Under the pieces are notes generated by a model. It made no database searches. It was not told where the DNA came from and saw nothing but the letters and a program-made list of their open reading frames with translations. A stretch of DNA of 63,590 nt, the filler included, from Octopus bimaculoides (taxonomy: Eukaryota), in the NCBI RefSeq assembly GCF_001194135.2. It is 6 parts of 5 records of this genome, joined end to end, with 100 filler letters (N's around TTAATTAATTAA, not from the genome) between each part and the next. Parts side by side here need not be neighbours in the genome. Positions count along the whole stretch, not along the records: positions 38,697 to 42,737 come from NW_026435451.1; positions 42,838 to 47,371 come from NC_068996.1; positions 47,472 to 57,474 come from NC_068988.1; 3 more parts are not named here. The stretch is one strand, 5' to 3'. The translations under genes were made by a program, and so were the position numbers. Shown piece after piece: positions 41,701-55,200 of this stretch (within the stretch, counting starts at the first letter, position 1; the number at the start of each line of letters is the position of its first letter).

Positions 41701-42736
41701 AGCAATTTTGGGGTATGAATTCAAGAACTTCTTTAAAATGTATGTGATAAAGCATATTTTCACACCATCCTACCGCCTGAGGTCGAATGGACAGGTAGCA
41801 AGGTTTGTGGGCTCATTCAAAAGTGTGTTAAGAAAAGCTAGGAACAAATTAAGTAATGACGAAGCACTAACAAGGTTCTTAAGGGTATACAGAGTAACCC
41901 CCAATCAAATTTCAAATTCAGGAAACTCACCCACAGAATTGATGTTTACAAGAAGAATAAAATCGAATTTTGATAAGTTATTTCCCAGAGAAAATAAGAT
42001 GTAAAGGAAATATGAAAAATGCAACAAAATATTTCGAAGCTGGAGATAAAAGGCATTTTAAAACCTACAGAAATGGTAAATAAGTCTGGAAGGATGGCCT
42101 TGTAACCAAATAAATAGGAAGTATGATGTATCTAATTAAAGCACCATGCTGGGAATATAAGAGACACGTAAATCAGCTAAAGAAGAGAGAAATTCCCATG
42201 GAAGTATCTTTTGATGTATTCAATGTCCCAGCTCCAAAAGTAATGAAGTCCCATAGAACCAGCATGAGAAAATGGAAGCAGACCGAACACCTTGAGATAA
42301 GGCNNNNNNNNNNAGAACCAGCATGAGAAAATGGAAGCAGACCGAACACCTTGAGATAAGGCCCAAGCAAAAAAATACTAAAAAAATAATAATAAATAAA
42401 ATTTCTTTATTTCTTTGGAACCTGAAATCTCAAAAGAGGAGATGTTGTGGCAAAAATACAAGACCCAGTGACAAGAATAGACAGGACCACTACGTATAAA
42501 TAGTAATGGTCTGACATGGTTGGGTGTTCGTAGTTTGGNNNNNNNNNNCTACGTATAAATAGTAATGGTCTGACATGGTTGGGTGTTCGTAGTTTGGTCT
42601 TCAAAGTCCAAATACAGTTTAGAGTTTGAGTTAGTGTGTTGGAAGTACTGATTGTTGGTTCCTTACGTATTTGTTACCGTTTCTATATTGTATTGTTATA
42701 ACACTGTTACAGTGTATTCTTTATCTATCATCGACA
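38722..42736 (+). mobile_element. Decayed Ty3/Gypsy LTR retrotransposon
   Basis: TG...CA LTRs at ~38722-38961 and ~42443-42736, PPT aagaggaga before the 3' LTR. Gag knuckles CNGCGGLHFRKEC, protease LQLDT, RT (LCADFSTGL, FSKLDLSDSYLQI) and integrase (LVSDNGKQF, SNGQVARFV) remnants. Confidence 0.92.
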
Positions 42737-43590
42737 ANNNNNNNNNNNNNNNNNNNNNNNNNNNNNNNNNNNNNNNNNNNNTTAATTAATTAANNNNNNN
42801 NNNNNNNNNNNNNNNNNNNNNNNNNNNNNNNNNNNNNGGTACAGGGCATCAAAAAACGTAGACACAGTGAAAAACGAGGACATAAAAAGCAAAAACATAG
42901 AAAACGAACAATACTCAACTTCATTAAAACAGTCTTTCCCGCAAAGCAACTTACATAAAATTTGAGATTTTTTGCGAGGGTTAAAGTGGTAACAAAAACA
43001 GGGCAGTGAGAACAAAACAGTAAAAACGAATGGTGAGGGCTGTTAAGCCAAGACGATGTGAAGTGCTGAACGCTAGAAAAACGAGCTTTGAGAAGAGACA
43101 GATAAAAGTACGTCTTGTCTTTAGGAAGGAAATGGAAGAAAGAAAGATGGATGGCCGTTGGTCACGCGTGAGCAACTAGAGAGTCAAGGGGGAAGAGTGA
43201 GAGAGAAAGAGAGGGAACGGTGAAAGGAGTGGAGAAAAATAGGGAAAGGGTGAGAAAGAAAAACAGAAAGGAAGAAGAACACGGGTGGGAGATAGATAGA
43301 CAGAAAAAGATAGAATAAGAGTGCGCATCGTAATTATTAAGATAAAATTTACTTGGAAAAGGATGCGTGGCGATCGGGCGTTGCGCTGTGTTCTGGAGCA
43401 AAGCACGTCATTGCACGTTTCTCTGCGATCATTTCGTCATCTCACGTGTGACACACAGTCCACCTGTACAAGTAATGTCGATTTGGTGGAGGGAGTGAGC
43501 TTATCTACAGCACAAACATTTGATCTCTCTAAACAAATCAACTAGAAATATCCCGAACACTCATACGTCGTCTAACGACGGGAGAGTCCA

Positions 43591-43621
<31 letters not shown>

Positions 43622-44823
43622 CGTGTGAAATTTGACTGGTGATATCCGTTGCTGCCATCTGCGGTTGCTTTTAGCTTAAAATGCAGAGAGAAACAGGGTT
43701 TGCTAAGAAATAAAAGGAAGTGGGTAGAAATTTCCCCGAAGGGAGAGAATCGCCGAGAGAGACATTATATATATAGATAAACTTACTTGCAAATAGATGC
43801 AAGGTGTTCAATCAAATAATATNNNNNNNNNNNNNNNNNNNNNNNNNNNNNNNNNNNNNNNNNNNNNNNNNNNNNNNNNNNNNNNNNNNNNNNNNNNNNN
43901 NNNNNNNNNNNNNNNNNNNNNNNNNNNNNNNNNNNNNNNNNNNNNNNNNNNNNNNNNNNNNNNNNNNNNNNNNNNNNNNNNNNNNNNNNNNNNNNNNNNN
44001 NNNNNNNNNNNNNNNNNNNNNNNNNNNNNNNNNNNNNNNNNNNNNNNNNNNNNNNNNNNNNNNNNNNNNNNNNNNNNNNNNNNNNNNNNNNNNNNNNNNN
44101 NNNNNNNNNNNNNNNNNNNNNNNNNNNNNNNNNNNNNNNNNNNNNNNNNNNNNNNNNNNNNNNNNNNNNNNNNNNNNNNNNNNNNNNNNNNNNNNNNNNN
44201 NNNNNNNNNNNNNNNNATATATACGTACATGTATGTACATACCTACATCTACATGTATGTACATACCTCCATGTATATAGATGCATATCTGGATACAGGA
44301 CCTCACAAGAAAACGTGGGCAAAATGAGGAACAGAACATAAACAGAGCACAGAAAACACACATGCCACATAGAAAACATTTCCTTCATCATCTGCCACCA
44401 TTCTAAAACTAAGCGTTTCGAAGAGTTAGGGCAGGACGCATTGTTAGAATGGCTCTTCCCGCGGAAACAAATTAAATTTGTAACGCAGAGAAATATAGTG
44501 GCGAACAGAAAACACGACAAGAAAACGAAGCTGTGAAAATAAACAAGAAGGGCTATAAGGCCAGACGTGAAAATAAATATATATGTATACGGAACGCTGT
44601 GATGTGACGAACTTAAAGGAAGAGAGAAGAAGAAAGTTCGTGCGAGCTTGACTGTAGCCAAGATAAGAAAGGATGTAGTAGCCGGACACATGTGACCAGC
44701 GAGGGGTAAGGAGAAAGAATAGTAGAGAGAGAAAAAAGGCAGGAAGTAGAATATAGGTGAGCAACGAGAGACAGGGAAGAAGAGAAAGGTATATATAGTA
44801 GTGAAGGGGAAAGGCGAAGAACA

Positions 44824-44871
<48 letters not shown>

Positions 44872-44918
44872 TCTATATATGCATACACGCACACATATAG
44901 ATAAATAGACAGACAGAC

Positions 44919-44976
<58 letters not shown>

Positions 44977-45744
44977 GTGAGGGGAAGTTCAAGATTAAAG
45001 AATTTATGGGGGAAAGTAACAATACCTTATTACAAGCAAATTTTGTTTGTTTTCATTTTGCTTCGTTTTCTTTGTTGCAGTTATAAAAATGTTATGATGC
45101 CTAGTTTAACAAAATCACCCGACATTCGGATGCTTTAAGAACAGTCCGTTCCGTTGCATAAATATCGAACCAAGCGTCGGGACTGATCTGGATTAACTCC
45201 AAAATAATGGTTCACTGCTTTGAAATTATAAAAGAATAACCAAACCTGCTGTTGGACTGTAATGAATCTTTTTTTTCGCATGCAGTTGTAAACATTGTCA
45301 TCACTGTTGTTGTTGTTGTTGCTGCTGCTGTTTGTATTTTTGCGGGTGTTGTCGTTGTCATAGCAAGGAAAAATCCCTTCACTTGTTTCAGGTTAAGTTT
45401 TCCTTGCCTTTGGTGTCATGCTCTATTGTCAAGCTACATTGACACACGAAATTGAGTCTTCAGAATGCTCTCCACCTTCGATTATTATTTCTGTGCCGTT
45501 TGCACAGAAAAAAAAAAAAAATTTGAAAAAATTTCAGAGTTCTTTGTTTTTTGCAAGAAGTTAGAAATAAATAACACAGAGTTGCTCCCCACAAAGCGGA
45601 TGCAATCAAATAAAAATGTTACCAGCACGATCTAGACAATGTCAAGAACAAAGTTACCACAACATAATTGACTGAGTGGGCATAAATAGCCGAAACGATT
45701 GAGGAAGCTCTCGAGAGATACGGAGCTCCAAGTTTTTGTGACTT

Positions 45745-45965
45745 CGCAGTATGAAAATTGCAATTGCAAGAATTGTAAGAATTCGGAATATGAAAACTGT
45801 AAAGGTTGTGCTTATAACAATTGGTGCATTGGGAAAACTGTATATTACAAGAATTTGGAATATGAAATTTGCATATTGCAAGAATTTGGAATATGAAAAC
45901 TGTAATTTCAAGAATTCGGAATATGAAACTGTTAAGGCTGTGTCTATAATAATTGGCACTTTGGC
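45745..45965 (+). repeat. Imperfect minisatellite of caagaatt(c/t)ggaatatgaaaactgt units
   Basis: About four imperfect units visible. Translation RIWNMKTVKVVLITIGALG resembles the R4/Dong C-terminus. Confidence 0.7.
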
Positions 45966-46129
45966 AAAGATATAGACAAATGGTTGAAGGGGGTTGGAAT
46001 AGAATGTCCTGTAGAGCTTCTACAGCTCTTAGGGAGACGAAAGTTTATTAGGATGATTCGAAGCAGTTGATAGACTATTGAAAGCTTGTGGATATCTAAG
46101 GTTACAGGTAGTAACCCACTATCCACATA

Positions 46130-46740
46130 AATCAATAATAATAACCACACAAGTGTAACGAATCTCTGCAGAATATGTGGGAAAAAGGTCGAAAGTGTGA
46201 CTCATGTTGTTAGTGCTTGTGAAAAGCCTTGCACTGAGAGGGTGCAAGCAAAGACATGACAAGGCAGCCCCAAATCTTCACTGACGACGATGCCGGAAAT
46301 ATTACTATGACTAGGCGGGTGGTTGGTACCAACATACACCAGAAGAAACAATGAGCGAAAAAGGGAAGGCAAAGATCCTCTGAGAGTTTGACTTCCAGAC
46401 AGACAAAGTGTTAGAGCACCGAAGGCCGGATATAGCAGCCTTTAGGAAGGACAAGCATAAGTGCCTAATAATCGACGTGGCAGTGCCAAGAGATCAGTAT
46501 GTCATGAAAGAAAGAAAACGTCGACAATTATGGAGACTTGGGAATTGAGATCGCCAAGATATGGAAGCTGTAAGAATCAAGCATATAATTTATTCCGGTT
46601 GTCATCAGAGCGTTGGGTTGAATACCACCCAACCTGAAGAAACAGCTGGACACTTTAGATATACCATAAAATCCTGATGTATTGCAAAAATCGGAACCGC
46701 ACGCACACTGCATAAAGTAATGTCTGTATGCAGTCCTTGT
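46130..46740 (+). mobile_element. R4/Dong-type non-LTR retrotransposon 3' fragment (REL endonuclease)
   Basis: CRICGKKVESVTHVVSAC, RHD, KIL*EFDFQTDKVLEHRRPDI, CLIIDVAVP, IPVVIRALG motifs. Confidence 0.85.
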
Positions 46741-47047
46741 GACTTGACAGACAGTACGAACCTCTGGTAGACACAATGTCTTCAGTCTCCAACATCAAAT
46801 TATTGGATTCTGTGCGACGTCTTCAATAATATTGGATTCGAATTTTGGCACAAAGGCAGCAAGTTTGCAGAGGGCGTAGGTCGAATACATCGTCCCCTGT
46901 GATCAGCTGGTACATATTTTATCGACTCCGAAAGGATGAAAGGTAAAGTAAACCTTAATAGAATTTGAACTCAGAACGTAAAGACGGAGTAAACGCCGCA
47001 AAGCATTTTGCCACCTGGCGTGCTAACAGTTCTGCCATCACATTACT

Positions 47048-47048
<1 letters not shown>

Positions 47049-47114
<66 letters not shown>
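47049..47114. repeat. (AAT)n microsatellite
   Basis: Direct reading. One of dozens of (AT)n, (AC)n, (AGAT)n and trinucleotide tracts in the window. Confidence 0.95.
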
Positions 47115-47116
<2 letters not shown>

Positions 47117-47270
47117 TTTATATAGAAAGGATTGAGGTAACTCCTCCTGAAGATATAGAGTCAAAATTAAAAGAAGAGTGCCATTTGCTATCTCGTGAAC
47201 AATATTTCGACATCTTGCGTGTCTTCCACTGGTTCAAAATATAAATTTGTCAATCTACTTCATTTTCGTT

Positions 47271-47322
<52 letters not shown>

Positions 47323-48112
47323 TCCGTCCCCTAGCGTCAACGTCGAAGCTTGTTATGCCTCACTGTTAATANNNNNNNNNNNNNNNNNNNNNNNNNNNNN
47401 NNNNNNNNNNNNNNNTTAATTAATTAANNNNNNNNNNNNNNNNNNNNNNNNNNNNNNNNNNNNNNNNNNNNTATATATATATATATATATATTTAAAGTA
47501 AAGTTAATCACCACATCCATCTTCTAGCAGACAGCAGGATCGCGAGACTGACTCAGTTTCGAGCTGGTTCGCTTATCCTCGGGCGCGAGCACCTGGCCAC
47601 TGGAGCGATAGCCAGAGTACACTCAAGCCAGCAATATATTGTAAACAATACGACCATCGGTCACTGATTTGCAACAAGCAATATAGCCAGTTGTAAAATC
47701 TCAAGAAGAGATCCGAGTAGTAACTATACTAACGGGTATATATATATATATTTTATTTGTTCGTCTCCGTCAGGGTCTTTGCATATTTTTGTTGGTCGTA
47801 ATTATTCATACCAGTATGTAATTTCTGACGAGGAATCTGATTTTTATTTCATGAAGAGTTTTTCGTTTTTGTCTATAGAATTAATTAGACTCCGAAACAA
47901 TTCGTAGAATGTATATTGGTTCTGTACCAACTTGGATTATTAATTAAAGTTCGTCTCCACTTACAATTTTTCCTTTCCTTACACTTCATTTACCGTCTTT
48001 GCAAATACTGAATATGAATTTTTATATACATTCTTTACTTGGACTGTACCGGCGGACTTGGATGTTTGACTTCCATTTGAAGGATTTCGGTCCTCACCTA
48101 TATATACATACA

Positions 48113-48165
<53 letters not shown>

Positions 48166-49090
48166 GTACCTATCTATATATTTATATATATATATNNNNN
48201 NNNNNNNNNNNNNNNNNNNNNNNNNNNNNNNNNNNNNNNNNNNNNNNNNNNNNNNNNNNNNNNNNNNNNNNNNNNNNNNNNNNNNNNNNNNNNNNNNNNN
48301 NNNNNNNNNNNNNNNNNNNNNNNNNNNNNNNNNNNNNNNNNNNNNNNNNNNNNNNNNNNNNNNNNNNNNNNNNNNNNNNNNNNNNNNNNNNNNNNNNNNN
48401 NNNNNNNNNNNNNNNNNNNNNNNNNNNNNNNNNNNNNNNNNNNNNNNNNNNNNNNNNNNNNNNNNNNNNNNNNNNNNNNNNNNNNNNNNNNNNNNNNNNN
48501 NNNNNNNNNNNNNNNNNNNNNNNNNNNNNNNNNNNNNNNNNNNNNNNNNNNNNNNNNNNNNNNNNNNNNNNNNNNNNNNNNNNNNNNNNNNNNNNNNNNN
48601 NNNNNNNNNNNNNNNNNNNNNNNNNNNNNNNNNNNNNNNNNNNNNNNNNNNNNNNNNNNNNNNNNNNNNNNNNNNNNNNNNNNNNNNNNNNNNNNNNNNN
48701 NNNNNNNNNNNNNNNNNNNNNNNNNNNNNNNNNNNNNNNNNNNNNNNNNNNNNNNNNNNNNNNNNNNNNNNNNNNNNNNNNNNNNNNNNNNNNNNNNNNN
48801 NNNNNNNNNNNNNNNNNNNNNNNNNNNNNNNNNNNNNNNNNNNNNNNNNNNNNNNNNNNNNNNNNNNNNNNNNNNNNNNNNNNNNNNNNNNNNNNNNNNN
48901 NNNNNNNNNNNNNNNNNNNNNNNNNNNNNNNNNNNNNNNNNNNNNNNNNNNNNNNNNNNNNNNNNNNNNNNNNNNNNNNNNNNNNNNNNNNNNNNNNNNN
49001 NNNNNNNNNNNNNNNNNNNNNNNNNNNNNNNNNNNNNNNNNNNNNNNNNNNNNNNNNNNNNNNNNNNNNNNNNNNNNNNNNNNNNNNNNN

Positions 49091-49134
<44 letters not shown>

Positions 49135-49384
49135 TACATACATTTATATATACATATTTACACACACACACATATATATATATATATGTGTGTGAGTCAA
49201 GGATTTGGTGCAAATGCACTTAACAAAATTTAATAAGTGCATTAGCACGAAGATCACGACCCTAGAATCATTGCTCTAATTTCACAGCAACAATAAAATC
49301 ATGTAAGTACTCCTTTATGTATAGATTTTATTTCTCCCCTTTGTATAAATATTTCTACATGTATATACTTGTACAGACACGCAC

Positions 49385-49417
<33 letters not shown>

Positions 49418-49421
<4 letters not shown>

Positions 49422-49514
49422 GTGTCCGTAAAGTTACTATACAGTTAGGCTGAAAGCAACTCTATGATACGGATGCTGAGGCATATGTAAGAAGCCCAAA
49501 GAAATCAATTCGCC

Positions 49515-49594
<80 letters not shown>

Positions 49595-50033
49595 TCAGTT
49601 ATTGGTATCAAACGAACATCACTATGTAAAATACTTACAAAACTAAATATGAGACCTTACATTCTGCGCTTAATTCCAGGACGTCTGGAGGATAATCCTG
49701 ATCGACGGTCTCAATTTTGCGAACAGTTTGTAAGTTAAGGAAGCCAAGTTTGTAAGTTAGCGGAAGTCAAGAAGTACTGAAACTCTTCGGCAGTTCTTTA
49801 TTGATGCATTGGCTAAAATTGATCCAGACTTGTGTATCAAAGTTTATCACTGTGTGCTTTTACGTTGTCGTGAATGCATTGAAGCTAATGGTTTACAATT
49901 TGAAAATTTATCTTAACTGTAGTAAATGAAATTGATTGTCTATATTGTTATAATATTTTCTGAAAATCTTTTTAGTCTAACCATGATATTTCTTTATTAC
50001 AAATAACTGTATAGGAATTTTACAGACACCTTG
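49418..50033 (+). mobile_element. Non-autonomous Tc1/mariner-type element containing a (GTA)n tract
   Basis: Imperfect TIRs cagagtgtccgtaaagttactatacagtt / aactgtataggaattttacagacaccttg, TA-flanked. Remnant peptide MRPYILRLIPGRLEDNPDRRSQFCE. Confidence 0.75.
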
Positions 50034-50064
50034 TATGTATGTGTGTGTATGTATATATATATAA

Positions 50065-50160
<96 letters not shown>

Positions 50161-50189
50161 GCATATATGGGTACAGGACGTCCCCACCT

Positions 50190-50620
50190 AATTGTAATTG
50201 CCGTCCTGGAGCATGTTACAAACCCATTGCACAAGATATAATGTAATTTACGAATGCACTGTTCTTAATCTATTACACAACTCTACAGCCATATACATAG
50301 GATCAACCAAAAAATTTAACCAACGATATGTCGCTCACCTCCATTCTTTTAGATACGATAAACACAGGAAATCTACAACACTCGCCAACCGCATACATCA
50401 TCTCAAAAATACAAATATACCCTATACGTTATCATGGTCCATACTGGATTCAGGGCTTCCCTACTGAGGTCAACGCTCAACGTGCAAGTTTTGCCTGAAA
50501 GAGGCGCTTCACATATTAAAGCACAATTCTCCAACACTGCTAAATAAACATAATGAGGCTCTATGCACATGCAACCACCGCTTTTTTCACACATTCAAAT
50601 TCTACCACAAATCCAAATGC
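50190..50620 (+). mobile_element. Penelope GIY-YIG endonuclease remnant
   Basis: IYECTV...IYIGSTKKFNQRYVAHLHSFRYDKHRKSTTLANRIHHLK...SWSILD then CKFCLKEALHILK. Confidence 0.85.
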
Positions 50621-50974
50621 CTAAATGACCATACAGTATATTTCCATAATACCCCTTAGGTAATCCCAATAACCTCATAAATCTACATTTTAACTCCTAA
50701 TCCCTATCTAATTCCTCTTTCATACTTGGATATCACAGTCATTTAATTGTATTTGTATGTATATGCGTGCGTGCGTATGCACGTGTATGTGTGTGTGCAT
50801 GTGTGTGTATATGCGTGCGTGTGTGTATGTATGTATGCAAGCTATATATATACCTGCGTGTGCAGGGTTGATAAAACATACAGATACACGTATCTATGGG
50901 TGTGCGTATGTACATATACATATACATATGAGTGCGTGTTGTATGTGTAGGTATTGATGTGTGTAAATATCTCT

Positions 50975-51395
50975 TTTACTCTTTTACTCTTTTACCTGTT
51001 TCAGTCATTTGACTGCGGCCATGCTGGAGCACCGCCTTTAGTCGAGCAAATCGACCCCAGGACTTATTTTTTGGAAGTCTAGTACTTATTCTATCGGTCT
51101 CTTTTGCCGAACCGCTAAGTTACGGGGACGTAAACACACCAGCATCGGTTGTCAAGCGAAGTTGGGGGGACAAACACAGACACACAGACATGTGCACACA
51201 CATACACACACACATATAAATATACATATATACGACGGGCTTCTTTCAGTTTCCGTCTACCAAATCCACTCACAAGGCTTTGGTCGGCCCGAGGCTATAG
51301 TAGAAGACATTCGTCCAAGATGCCACGCAGTGGGACTGAACCCGGAATCATGTGGTTGGTAAGCAAGCTACTTACCACACAGCCACTCCTGCGCC
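50975..51395 (-). mobile_element. tRNA-derived SINE, same family as 60460-60852
   Basis: Reverse complement of 60460-60852 over its full length. Confidence 0.85.
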
Positions 51396-52244
51396 TATAT
51401 ATATACATGTTTAATATATGCATGTGTATACATCTTCACATATATATTCTTCTACTATTAAGCACTGGTCTATCCTCTAAGTAAGCTAACTTATATTCTC
51501 AAATTCTTCATTTTACCATTTTATTATCCCTACCCCCTCTCTCTCCCCCTCACTTAGGCTCTATCACTACATACCTGACACGCCTTTACTATTTACCCCC
51601 TCATCTTTTTACACGCTCATATCTTTCTCTCTCCATCACCCTCACCCCCATTCCTTCTACTTGCCACTCCTTTACTCTTTCCCCTCTCATTTCTTTATAA
51701 TATCATCTTTCTCTCTCTCCATAATCCTCACCTCCCATTCCTTCTATCAATTTATCCTGACTGACCACTAGCCAGAAATTTAGACAGTGTCACGTGACAA
51801 CTTGAAGGGATATATAAAATATCCCGGAAACAGCTGCAAGACCTATTTATAAATGTTCTGAAATCTTTCACAGCTTTGGCTTTTTATCTCATTTTGTTAA
51901 TTTTGATAAATACCCATGCTGATATATGACCTACGTTGGACTCATCATTCGCATAATCACCGAACCTGGAGCTTAACTATAGTCTGTCCATAGCACTTAC
52001 TCAGCATTACCTGACACCTTTGGGTCTTCTTGACACCATTACCTCTCATAACTTCTTTCTCTCTATATATATCTATACTATAAATTGCAGTGTTCTTGAT
52101 TGCTTGATTGATTGAATTTCGGCAGATTCACTCGAGAACGGTGCAGTGGAATCGCATGAAATTCAGTACAGAGCGGCAGCATGGCCCGCTCATGTTCAGG
52201 AGATTTTTATTGCCCTCCAACTCCCATGGTTACCGAGATAATCG

Positions 52245-55200
52245 ATTATTATTTTTTAAGGACAGACAAGGGGTCAGGGAACGAATGATACAACATGAAG
52301 ATATACATAATTAAAAATAATAATGGATGAGTATATAATCGAATGAATTAACAACAATGGAGTGAGTAACATGGCCGACCTCACAAACCACATTCCAACT
52401 CTGACTACCTGGTAGACCTCTTATGTTCTCGCTCAAACAAGTTCATTCACACTCAGCAAACTTACTAGTCTTCCATTTTTTCCGAAACATTCCGTGTGAC
52501 AGGCATCTCCTCTCCAGCCTTATTTTTCTTTTCATGTGGAAAAGAAAAAAGTTAACCAGCCCAAGGCTAGAGATGAAAATGCCTGTCACGATCCCTTTCC
52601 CTCGCGTTTCATACTACCTCCTTCGCAATAGCTACTACACAGAGGAAACAAACCTGCTCTTCCCTATTCAGAGAAGACGACGGAACAATCTTAATTTATA
52701 GACTCGGTTGAGTTGAACTCTTCCCAGTCGTGACAACAGTTGTTCGACATAAACCCAAAGTTCCGAAATCTTCGGACATTGCACAATTGCGTGCAGAACA
52801 GGTTCACTGTCTTGCCCGCATCTTGAACAAGTTGACGTAGATGAAAAACCATACCTGCAGAGTTTGACCTGAACAGGTAAGGTTCCACGGTAACATTGCC
52901 ATGCCAAGGACTTCTGAAAATTCTCCATAGGCCTTGGCTCGAATGTTCTCCGGTACAGGCCGGCGTGTTGACCGTCATCGAAGCCCAAAGTTTCTCCTAG
53001 GGCGTCGTCGCACTTCAACTCTACCAGGAGTGCCTGACGATACTCTGCTTGTCAAGCCCCCAACTTCGATTTACGCTTAATCCATGGGTTCAGTTCACTA
53101 AAAGAAGTGACTCGCGGAAACAACAGTCTGACGAACAGAGATCACACCTCAGCCTCATCGCATGCTTGCGCATTTTTAGCCACGGCATCTCCAGCTCACC
53201 CTTCAGCGGTTGTTGGCAGCAAATAAAGCGCCTTACAAGAGGTTCCCTGTCCTTCCACAAAAAGCGGAAGAGCATGCGTTCTAACCTGTTCAGCCACGAA
53301 TCAGGGCAAGGCACGACGGTCAGGCGGGAGGTAATTACAGATGCGATAAACACACCTGCAACCTCCGCCCGCCCTTTCAGGGATAGCTTCCACTCAGACC
53401 AGGTCTGAATTAGGAAAGAAACCCTGCTCGCCACCTCACTCCAGTTCTTCTCTATCTGGAGGTCTGGACCAAACTAGATCCCTAGCATTTTTACCGGTCT
53501 GTCCGTCCAAAGTCCCACGACACTGTTGGGCGGCATCGACTTGCAAGCCGATCGATTTATCTCGGTTAATTTTTTCTCCTGCCACCGCTTCGTAATCATT
53601 TATGGCCTCACCTACCCACTGTAGGTGTTCGACCCTGGGTTACGATGATGGTGATGTCGTCTGCATTCACCGAACCCGATTTTCCGTACCCCAGATCTCG
53701 CGGGATGCCTCTCATAGCCTCCAACTTCCGCAGCAATGGCTCGAGGGCCAAAACATACAGAAGTGGGGAGAGAGGACATCCTTGACGTACCGATCGCTCA
53801 ATGCAGAATGGTTCTGAAAAGAAACCGTTCACCCGAACTATCGATTCAATGTTGCTATATAAAGCGGTGATCCACCCACGGAAGGTCGGGCCAAGTGCAG
53901 CCGCCACAAGGACTGCCGCCAGATACTGATGGTCAACCCTATCAAACGCTTTCGATTGGTCTAAATGGACCATAGCCCCACCCTTGCCAGGAATTCTATT
54001 TACTCTCTGTAAGGTATAGCGTAGAAGGTGGAGATTATCGTGAATCGACCTATCAAGAATGGTGCATGTTTGCGCCTCCCAAACAAGTTTATCCACGACG
54101 TTAAACAGAGTGATGAGCCTAAAATTATCAATTACATCCCCCTTGTTTGGGTCCTTTCTTAGCAGAGTCACAAACCTCGGCTCACAGACTTAGGAATACT
54201 CCCATTCTGCTGCCAGTTGGTATAGACGCATGCAGGTAGGGGCCAAAACAAGTCTGGCATACTACAATACAGTTCGTAGGGAAGACCTTTTAGTCCCGGC
54301 GACTTGTCCCCACTGCAGTCCGACAGTACCTCGTCCACTTCTGCAGCTGTGATTGGCCCTTTACAGCATTCCGCTTCCCGCCCCCAGAGACGAGGGAAAC
54401 TGGCAAGAAGTCCGCGAAGTCCTCCCTACGCCCCAATCCATAACCCCTCCCGAAATGCTGGGCGAAATGCTCGTGAAACACCTTGCACATCTCCTCCGGT
54501 TCGTTTACTGAACGCTCATGTTGGCCCGTCAAAGACCTTATTGTGGAATTATTGCCATGTTGGGCAACTACGACACGAGCCCATCCAGCAACGTTGATTC
54601 CATCTTGTCCCACTGCATATAACTTAGCATCCTTCGAGCTTAGCTTTGAGATGTCAGTCGAGCGCCAACCACGCAGCTAAAACTTTGGATGCAGAGCCTG
54701 ACCTCATTGCCTCTTCTAAAGCTCTTTCTGTTCTATTTCTATTACTGATTAGCTCATTACTAAATCTAATTGACTCAGTTTTAACGGCTCTTTTGAAGGC
54801 ATACCACCATTTGTTGTTAATAATGGTACTAGTTAATGCCCTCATTACTAACTGCCTAATCCGGTTCCTGTAGGCTTCACAGGCCAAAAGTGACCAGTTT
54901 AGCTTCCAGTAACCGGGTCCCCGTCGAAACATATTAAGTCAAACCTAGAGGTCACAAATTTGGGATCACTGTATTTTACAATATGCTGTTGTGAACAACT
55001 AACTATGTTCTTGTCTTTACTTCTTATAATAATCCTATTTAAATAAGATCTGGACGACCCGTCGTTATTTGTCCATGTCCACAATGGAACATCCAGGTGA
55101 TCCAGTCTGAATCGGTCTGCCAGCTGAAAACGACTTAGCAGACCGCTGAGGCAAGGGCTTCCCCTCCTATCCGGGTTCGGGCCAAAACAATCTACACGTG

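Noticed and set aside
40870-42600. ~45-50 bp direct repeats flanking 10-N gaps (40870/40933, 41277/41335, 42258/42314, 42489/42549)
   Set aside because: Typical unmerged contig-end overlaps, not biological repeats or CRISPR-like arrays.
51800-51845. gggata...tatccc-GGAAAC-AGCT-GCA hammerhead-like remnant
   Set aside because: The CUGANGA box and cleavage triplet are both disrupted and no stem I is seen.
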